The notes under the pieces are model-generated. The model was not told the origin of the DNA and did no database searches. It saw nothing but the letters and a program-made list of their open reading frames with translations. This document shows positions 54,990 to 64,000 of a DNA stretch of 64,000 bases, in pieces. Positions within the stretch are counted from its first letter, which is position 1. Each line of letters starts with the position of its first letter. The DNA is from the human T2T-CHM13v2.0 reference genome, Homo sapiens. The stretch lies in assembly GCF_009914755.1 (NCBI RefSeq), contig NC_060932.1; one strand, written 5' to 3'. The translations under genes were made by a program, and so were the position numbers.

Positions 54990-55990
54990 ATTTGTTACCT
55001 GCTCACCACGGGGCAGGCCTGTGCTACATGCAAGGAATTCAGGGACAGATAAAACATGGCCCCTTTCCTTGAGGAGTTCACAATCCACCAGGGGAAAAAA
55101 GACACATAGACACTAATTTTGAATACTATGTAATATGAAACCTGTCCTGATAGAGGAACGCCTTAGGCACTACCAGAGGACAGATGTTACTCACAAGTAA
55201 GTGTGTGTGTCTTTAGGGGCAAATCCTTCATGGAGAGGTGATGCCTTACTTGAATTTTAAGACGATAAAGAAAAGAATAATAGTAGGTGAATTAGAAGGG
55301 AATGACTGAGCCAGAAGATGGTGGACCTATACAAAAAAAATAAAATGATATAAAGTAAAATAAAATAAAAGTAAAAGTGTATGCAGGGGGAAACACAGAA
55401 TTCCTTACTACAGGAACATGAAGCAAAAAGGGTAGGTTCAGGATGAAGTTGGAGAGAAATGTAGAGATAAGATCAAAGAGGATTTTATCACCACCAGCAA
55501 GGATTTGGAGACTTAATCAATATAAGCAAATTACAATGTTTATCATTTTAGATAGAATCCTTATAATTTAAAAGGAGAATGAATTTTAGGGAGACAAAAC
55601 TACTCATGAACGTATAATAAAAGTTATAATTAAAAATACTACAGGAGACAAAATTAAGAAAAGACACCCTCCAACTCCCTAGGTCTCAGGCAATACATTT
55701 GATAAGAAAAATAATTACATGCATTGGCACGTGCAAACAGACAATCTAGTTACAACAGGGAACAAAATGAGTCATATATCTATTAAGTGCTTGCTATTAA
55801 GCCTTGTCTGAAATGATTAAAGAACATGTCATAGAGGAATTCAAATATAAAAAATTGCTAGGATTGTCATTGAGGACAGGAAGAGGAAGAATATTTCAGA
55901 GAGCAGATGGAATACACAAACATGAAGAGTGGAAAATAAAAAAAAATAAATTTCTGTGTTGGAAAAATGAGGAAGTCTGTCTAGCTAGAC
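54990..55990 (-). mobile_element. Degraded L2 fragments
   Basis: GGCAGGCCTGTGCTACATGC..ACATGGCCCCTTTCCTTGAGGAGTTCACAATC..; GGATTTGGAGACTTAATC. Confidence 0.65.
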
Positions 55991-58544
55991 AGATAGCAGA
56001 CAACTGCCAATTCTGCTAGGTCATTACTGAAAACAGGATTCCAATTTCTCACCAATAGAAAATGCAGTCATAGCCTCTCTGTGAACAAGCCACTGGTCTC
56101 AAGCAAACATTATTGAAGATGTTTTTAGCAATGATCATCATAGTCAAAGTTAATGAAAAAGAAAAGAGGAAAAGATAAGTAGATTAAAAAGTAATAGAAG
56201 AGGTACTGCAAGAGTTAACTGATATTTGTAACTCTAAGATGCACTGGGGATTATGGGAAATAGGCATAGGCAAATGTTTGACAAAAATTCTTCTTCAAAT
56301 TGCCTTTGCTTTCAAACTGGTTATATCACCACTGTGAAGACATTGTTTACGTGCAAAGCCACAAGTCATAACAAGGGTCTGTGGCATGACCTACAGTTAT
56401 TCAACTTTCTCACTGAGACTGTGAGTCAGTATTAGTACCAATGGCTGAATATAGGAATACAAATGTCCCTGATGCTTTGATTGAAAGGTTTTGATTAAAT
56501 TGCTTGAGGAATTCTTTTCCTATAAGTCTTTGTTTCCCTGACATTTAGCTCATTATAACATAGTGTTCATCAAAGAGTTCACATCAGATCTAAATACTGG
56601 CATGTGGCTGTAAACTTTTAAATTTCAAGAATGTTGCTTAGCTGTTCATAACATAACATAAAAGCTAGTTTATTTGGGGGAGAATGGTCAGAAAAAATAA
56701 CTAGTAATTTTCTTTCACTGACATCAGTGAAAACTGCTTCCTGCTAGGTCAATGCATAAAAATGTAGTTCTAATACCTTTGCAGTACCTTAACATTGACA
56801 TCTCTATGTTTAGAAATCAGTGTTGTAAATCTTCAGAATTTTATAAATGAAAAGAAAAAAGGATTTTATTATAGGTAGTGTATAAAATATTGTGATTATC
56901 ATTGTTAGTGATAATAACAGGGATAAATTATCCAAGGACAAATGAATATATATTTTTCCAACTTATGTGTTGATAAAGTCACGTAAGTGAATTAAAACTT
57001 GGTAATCTCTAAGGGAAATCTGTTATCCTCTATACACACAAATAATAATAAAAGAATAAGTCTATTTTCAGAATTTATTGAGTACAGTATACTATTTTGC
57101 ATCTATCATGCAATGAAGAATTAAAAGATAACTTACAGAGAAAATAATATTTTAAATTTTTAGTCGTACTTTGCTAACCATTTCTTTTAACGAACTAGTT
57201 TCCTGATCAGAACAATGCTGTGTAAATTTTGATCATTGTATTTTTTTTCCATCTGTACTTCTTTCAAGTCTGGATATCTTGAGTTTGTTGCTCGTCCCCC
57301 ATTAAATGGCCTGAACCTTATCTCAAAGCTTAAACCACGCTTATGTTACATAACACCCAAGGGGAAATTTGTTTCCTGCAGGGCCTCAGTTAAAACGATG
57401 CCTTTTCCACATAAAGATCCTTAATATTTCTGAAATCACATTTTCCCTGAATGTTAAAATCTGCTTTCCATTACGTTGTAATGGTAAAGGTTTTTGCTTG
57501 GGCCTGTGTGATCGAAAGCTTACCTCAGCAGGGTCACTCCGCACTCTCTTAAAGTCAACCTGAAGAGTGACATTTAGGAGGAGGTGCTGTTCACCAAGCT
57601 CCACTTCAGCTGAGGCAGTAGCAGGGCTGTGCTGCTCAGAGTGGAATCACATCATTCTACCAGCACAGAGGCTTTTACTGGGCTGGGATATTTCTTAGCT
57701 AATTGTTTTTAATTAAGTTCACACTTCCAAAAACAACAAAGTTAAACATTTACATTTCCAGCAGGTGAAAAGTGAAGGAGAAAAAGCAAATCATGAGTAG
57801 CTTTAATGATCACTGTCAACCAGCTGCTAAATTTTCATTTTATCTGAATTTAAAAAAAAAATGTTCTTGTGTTTTTCTTAGATATCATTTGTTAATAAAG
57901 GCCAGGAAATAGCTAGGTGACTTGGAGATGTAACCCCTATGGAGGCACTCTCTGATTGAGTGGTTGGCACCTTAATTTCCTATGGTAGACGGTTTCATGC
58001 TGACAGCCCCAAGGTTTTAGGTCCTACAGTTTCTAAAAGCTGATTGCTGGGGCTCTGGCATCAGAGGGAAGCATGCTGCTCTACAGTCCAGATGGGTAGA
58101 ATCACTTCCTCTTGAGTAATGTTAGCAGCCTATAACGCAGAGGGGGCCATTGAGAAAGTTAGATATTATTTGAACTCATTAATATGCTGCTATGAAGGCA
58201 ATTATTATTAAAATGGGCAAATCTGTGGCCTCATTAAAAAACTATGTTTAATGAAGCTTGCAAGTGGAAATTTCTTTCTGCTATTTATTGCCAAATATCA
58301 AGGCAAGTCCTTCTTAAGCAAGGGAATAACCTTAGTCCAAAGAAAATCTGCCATGGTACAATCACATATATGTAAAGGTTAAGCATGCACCTAGACCAGA
58401 AAGACAATTCTGGTTTGATTCTAACAGGAATAGATTACCATTCCTCTGTAATCTTTTCTTTGAAAAAAAGAAAAAAAGATTATCCAAATAATACATTCAC
58501 AAGTTCTAATTTCAGTACCTCTTCATCATCAAGAGGAAAGGTGA

Positions 58545-58715
58545 TTAAATATTTAGCACTCGCAGCTCCCCATGGAGTAGTTATTATCATCCCCATTATA
58601 AAATGAGGAAAAAACACTAAGAAGGATTAAATAAATTGCCTAAGGAAAAAAATCGAGACAGTGACACAGACAGGATTCAAACTTATATCTGCCCTAAAGC
58701 AGAGCCTCTTTTACT
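58545..58715 (-). mobile_element. MIR
   Basis: TTATTATCATCCCCATTATAAAATGAGGAAA..GGATTAAATAAATTGCCTAAGG..CAGGATTCAAAC. Confidence 0.8.
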
Positions 58716-58859
58716 TCCCCATGTTTCCTCCCAATAAATAATTACTGAGATTATATTGTATGAAGGATACTGTGAACAGCCCATGTAGGCTACAAGTAAA
58801 CATAAGATCCTTTATTCTGTGCATTAACTGATATAGAAAATTTTATTGATACAGTGTTA

Positions 58860-59400
58860 CAATCACTGTGTATGTAGAGGAAGGACTGATCATTAAGACT
58901 AGGCCTTTCTAGGAAAATCTTCAAGTGAAGCTTGGAAAGGAGTAGACAAAGAACTCCTGGCTGGAAGGAGGGCATGCTCAAAACAGATGTGGGCAGGGGC
59001 TGCTGCCTTGCGTTCCTTTCCTCTTCATTGTGGGCACATGAGACAAGATCTTACGTGTAGTGGATGAGAAGTAGATAATTGTTTAATGAATGGGCATGAG
59101 GAAAAATTACTAACATAATCTGGCTGAAGTGAAGGTTTCATGTCGAAAACTGGTCAGAGATAAAATTGCGCGGATAAGTAAATGGAGCTTGTAGAATGAT
59201 CTTATTACATGACTCTGGATTTTGACCTTTAATCTCTCAAAAATGGGAGAACATATTAGTTGGATGGTAGAAGACAAAGAGGGGATGTGTTGTCTAGGAG
59301 CGATTGAAAGGGGAGAGATCAGTGAGAGAGAGACAGAGCCCAGGTGTAAGATAATGAGAATCTGATCTGAGGGAGACAGGGGAAGATTTGAAGAATACCC
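58860..59400 (-). mobile_element. Degraded L2
   Basis: AGGCCTTTCTAGGAAAAT..AAGTGAAGCTTGGAAAGGA..GGATTTTGACCTTTAATCT..AATGGGA. Confidence 0.5.
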
Positions 59401-60902
59401 TTGCTCTGAAATAATGGAAAACTACTTCAAGACTAAGTATGGCCAGTATATTCCAACAAAATGAACGCATCCCTTTTAACAATTCTCCTTTACAATTGAA
59501 AATATAGAAAAAAATATTAAAATGAATTTATTTAGAGTCTAAGAAACAAATTTTGAAGCAGTTTGCTTTTTAATTTGATTAATATTTACTATTCAATTGC
59601 AGTCTATATTCTTTTGTGTGTATACTAACAATGTGATCTGTGGATGAAACCTTATAGAGTCTACACTGAAAAAAGGCACCAGACTTTTCTAGTAATTTAG
59701 CAAAGGATTTGGTCTTTGCATTTTAAGGGGAAAAAACATGATAATAAAATCTTAGGCCAGGAAGATAACTTCTGACCACAGCATTTAATCAAATTAAAAG
59801 TTTTAAAAAAAATGAAACCCATTGGCTTCTCTAACTTCTTTTCATTGTGAAAAAAAACAAAAAAAATTTAAAAATTATAAGATTATCTGTTATTTGTACT
59901 CAATAGCATTCAGTCTTTAAGTGAATATTTTGTTTTCAACCCTGTCCACTATGACAAAAGAAGGTATGTTGGTGACCTGCCACAAGTCAAGTCTAATGCG
60001 GTAGTAACAAGTGCATTATTCTTATGCTCAGGCCTTTCATAGGGCAACCAGGGTAAACTGACACCCAGAAGTCATCCAGAGTTGCCCTTCAAAATCACTT
60101 GCAGCTATTTGTTATTTAATCTCCACAACAACGCATTTGTGACATAGGTCAAGATCTCTTTGTAGGCAACCAGATGGCCGAGTCAGGCCACATGAAATTC
60201 AGAGTTTTAGGGCTTTATTCAGCTGCTCGATTTTCAACTCTCTGTTTATTAGACCAAAGTAAGTAATAAGATCTAACCCAACTATGTATTCAAAATGAAT
60301 GATCACAAAAGATAGATGTCTTGGCTGCAATAAAGTTTTTAAACCAAAAAATAAATAAAAAGATGTTTCATACAGGTATGGAGTTTGAGTTTACAGAATA
60401 GTATTTGTTAACACAATAACAGTCTTAGCATTAAGAGCTTATGTTTCTTAAAACCTCTTTAGAGCCCAGAACACTCACTAATACAATGCAGCAGATGGCA
60501 TATAAATGGGCCTGCTTACGACTTTGTACAGCTTTTGTTTTAAACTGTATTAGTCCATAAAGGAAACAAGGAGAAGTGTTATCTATGGAAAAAATGTAAA
60601 AGCAGAACTTATGAATGTGAAAAATAAAGACTGATATAAGAACCAACCATGAAGTAATGGGAAATAGATAGCTGTCAAAAAGCAAAGTGACAATAATAAT
60701 AATAAGGGGAAAAGTCTGAATTATCCACCATTGATGCGAAAAGGGAAACACTGCTCATTGTTTTCAGTTAAACCTCACCTCCCACCAAACACATCAATGC
60801 TGAGTTTTAATATTCAATGTCTGTCAGTATGGTAGCGATAATGAGGTCTATCTGTCTATCTATATATCTATCTATACATATATATATTTACATTTAAATT
60901 CA

Positions 60903-61203
60903 TAACATACTATCATTTGATGCATTCATGTTTTAAAATGACAGTGTTTCACTTTATATATAAAAGGAGAGAGACAAAAAAACATTAAGGGAATAAAAAA
61001 TGGTCAGAAACAATGTGACACAATAACAATGACATGAAGGTCTCCAGGGAGTCAAACTAACATGCTATCATTTGATGCATTCAGGTTTTAAAATGCCAGT
61101 GTTTCACTTTATATATATAAAGAGAGAGACAAAAAATATTTGGGGAATAAAAAAGGTCAGAAACAATGTGACACAATAACAATGACACAAAGGTCCCCAG
61201 AGA
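60903..61203. repeat. Tandem duplication, two copies, period ~155 bp
   Basis: TAACAT.CTATCATTTGATGCATTCA..GGTCAGAAACAATGTGACACAATAACAATGACA starts at 60903 and again at 61058. Confidence 0.95.
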
Positions 61204-62139
61204 ATTATTCAGCACCTTTATGTACCTGCAAGAAGCCTGCAGCTTCATTATTTAAGATAGATACTAGTGTCTCTGTGCACATTCATGAAGCAATAGACTA
61301 GGAAGCAACACACTAACCATGAAGATTTTGTTGTTGTTGTTATTTAATAAGAATATACCTTTTGCATAGCCATTGAAATTATCTGTGTCTTAGTTTAGTC
61401 ATATGGAAAATCAAGGTACTGTACTATAATCTTTTGGGTTTCTTCCATCCTTAAGAGTCAAGAAGTATAGACTAAAATTAAAGAGATTTTAAGTTAAATT
61501 CGGGGATTTTTCTTATAAACAATAAAGGTATCTTTAAGAAAAGAGGCCAAGTTCTGACAGCAAATGAAGTCTCTAACCATGTGTGTGAGACAAAATATTT
61601 TCAAGTGGAAGGGCAAGTGTGTGTGTCAGTTGTGTTCGTGTATGTGTGGTATGTGTCCACATCTACATGCATGTGTAAGAGCAAATGGATGCAATAGCAT
61701 ATTGAATACTATATGAGTATAAAATCTATACCTTTTCTGTATACATGTTAAGTGTGCTAATTATATGGGATAGTCTACTGGGCTTGTAAAATGTAAAAGA
61801 TGAAAGTCATCTAAATGCAGCAGTTCTAACTGGAAGGTGGTTAAAATTGTACATGCAAAAATTGCTCTTAACTTCCTCTAGAATAGATGGATTTATTAAA
61901 GACATTTAGGCTTATAGAATAAGCTTATAGTCATCTTCATTGAGAATAATATCTTTTTTAAATTGATTATTCGTGACTTGGTATATGTTGCATTTAAAGA
62001 GATAATGCCAGTGTGGCAGAGTCACAATAATTTCAGAACTAATTATTTAGGTTTTAAAGTCCAGCAATTTCATCAAGTCAGGAGTAGGACACATGGTTCT
62101 CTTGACCAAACAGTATTCAAGTTTATGGAGAAGGGAAAA

Positions 62140-62260
62140 CCCTGAGCCAACCTGCGTTAGTTTGAATTCCAGCTCCAGCATTTTTGAATCAAGAGACTTG
62201 GACAGATGATTTAATCTCTTTGAACCTTGGTGTCCTCATTTTTTAAAAGGAGTAAGTATG
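62140..62260 (+). mobile_element. MIR
   Basis: GTTTGAATTCCAGCTCCAGC..GACTTGGACAGATGATTTAATCTCTTTGAACCTTGGTGTCCTCAT. Confidence 0.75.
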
Positions 62261-62472
62261 TGACTAATGCTAGAGGTCTATTTTTCAATTTTGTGTCCCT
62301 CAACAGGCTCTGTATAGTCCTGAGAGCTCATGACTAAAGCTCTTCTTTTGGTGTTTTCTTTATGGATTCTTTCCTACCTACCACCTTCCCTTAGGCTAGA
62401 GCTTTTTGTGACTAGGTCAATACTTGATAATACTTTCAGGCCTTCACTTTTCTTCATTTGCAACGAAGGAAC

Positions 62473-63385
62473 TAATTCATTCAATAAATGTTTATTGAGT
62501 AAATACTATTTTCCTGGTACTATTCTAGACACTGTGGATGCATGAATGTTGTATCAGACTGATGCAGAGCTACAGGGTGTTGCTTATTCTACAAGGTGAC
62601 ATGTGAGCAGAGACCTACAAGAACAGAGCCAGTAATCCAGAAAGATATTTGAGCCATTAGTTTTTTAAGGGAGAAATAGCAGCAAGTGCAAATGCCCATT
62701 AGTAGGATTAGTAGGATCGTGTAGGATCCTACTAGTAGGATTAGTAGTAGGATCATTCTTGGTGTTCACTGCATCCCAGAAGCCAGTGTGTCTGAAGCAA
62801 AGTGAAGGAAGAAAAGTGATTATGAGGCACTAAGGGATGAGATCATGCAGACCTTCATAAGAAATGTGGCTTTTACTCTGAGTGAAGTGTGAAACTATTG
62901 AAGGGTCTGAGAAGAGAAGCAGCATGATCAAACATGGTTTAAAAAAGAAACAAAACAAAACAATCCTTTGACTATTGTATTACACACAGGTTATAGTAGG
63001 ATAAGTGTCAATGCAATAAGTGTATTACAAATATCTAAGCAAGAAATAGTAATATCTTGAACAAAAGTAGTGAAACTGAAGATAGAGAACAAATTTGGGT
63101 CTACATACACAGCATCTGAGAATAGAACAACAGGATTTGTTCACAAATTCGATGTGGATGTGAGAAAATGAAAGAGGTTAAAGACTACCTATTTTTTTTT
63201 TTTTTTTGCTACAAATATCTGGGAGAATGCAGTTGATGTTTAATGAGGTGGAAAAATTGTGGGATGGGTAGGGTTTGGAGAATCAGGGAGAATCAAGTTG
63301 TGAATTTGCCTAAATTTGAGATGACTATTAGATATTTATGTGACAGTATTAGGAGGCAGTGGAGTAGAAGGTCAAAGTGTGGTTA
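62473..63385 (-). mobile_element. L2a-like
   Basis: ATTCATTCAATAAATGTTTATTGAG..TATTCTAGACACTGTGGATG; GGCTTTTACTCTGAGTGAAG; AAATTTGAGATGACTATTAGATAT. Confidence 0.8.
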
Positions 63386-63514
63386 CTCAGGGGTGGACTC
63401 CTCATTTTCATGCATATGCCCATTATTTTCATGCATTGACCCCATATTGCTAGTCATCTCTCTCATTACATCCATGCAAGTAAATATGACAATAAGTAAT
63501 AAGAATTTCCTTTC

Positions 63515-63862
<348 letters not shown>

Positions 63863-64000
63863 TCATCTCTGTGAGCAAGATGGATGGCTGCCTGGGGCAA
63901 GGTACAGGGACAGCCTTGCCAACTCTTGGTTCCATTTTTTTTTTTTTTTGCCACCAGTCCACATTTAGACATTATTCTCCTTACATTATATCTCTGTATC

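Noticed and set aside
60903-61203. CRISPR-like or minisatellite array
   Set aside because: Only two long units, no repeat-spacer architecture, eukaryotic context

Overview
AT-rich, CpG-poor primate (most likely human) genomic DNA that is intergenic or deep-intronic. I find no supportable protein-coding gene, tRNA, rRNA or CRISPR array. ORFs with recognisable sequence are decayed L1 ORF1/ORF2 or Alu read-throughs. A large fraction is interspersed repeat: L1PA/L1PB/L1M, Alu, L2, MIR, ERV1 solo LTRs (LTR8, LTR8A, LTR9-like), MaLR LTRs (MLT1, MSTA) and DNA transposons (MER1A, Cheshire/MER58, MER2B). These are separated by multi-kb repeat-poor blocks with homeodomain-motif-rich, CNE/enhancer-like sequence. 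The most notable unexplained structures are: a ~390-bp inverted duplication inside a MER1A element (3621-4423); a perfect 21-bp-stem hairpin in unique sequence (30192-30243); a candidate 36-nt minus-strand microexon (57524-57559); a second pre-miRNA-like hairpin (38044-38107); a chain of perfect (TA)n-centred palindromes (18664-19152); and an Alu with a duplicated B-box. I cannot support a genuinely new biological system from sequence alone. Subfamily names come from recalled consensus sequences, and boundaries of old repeats are approximate.
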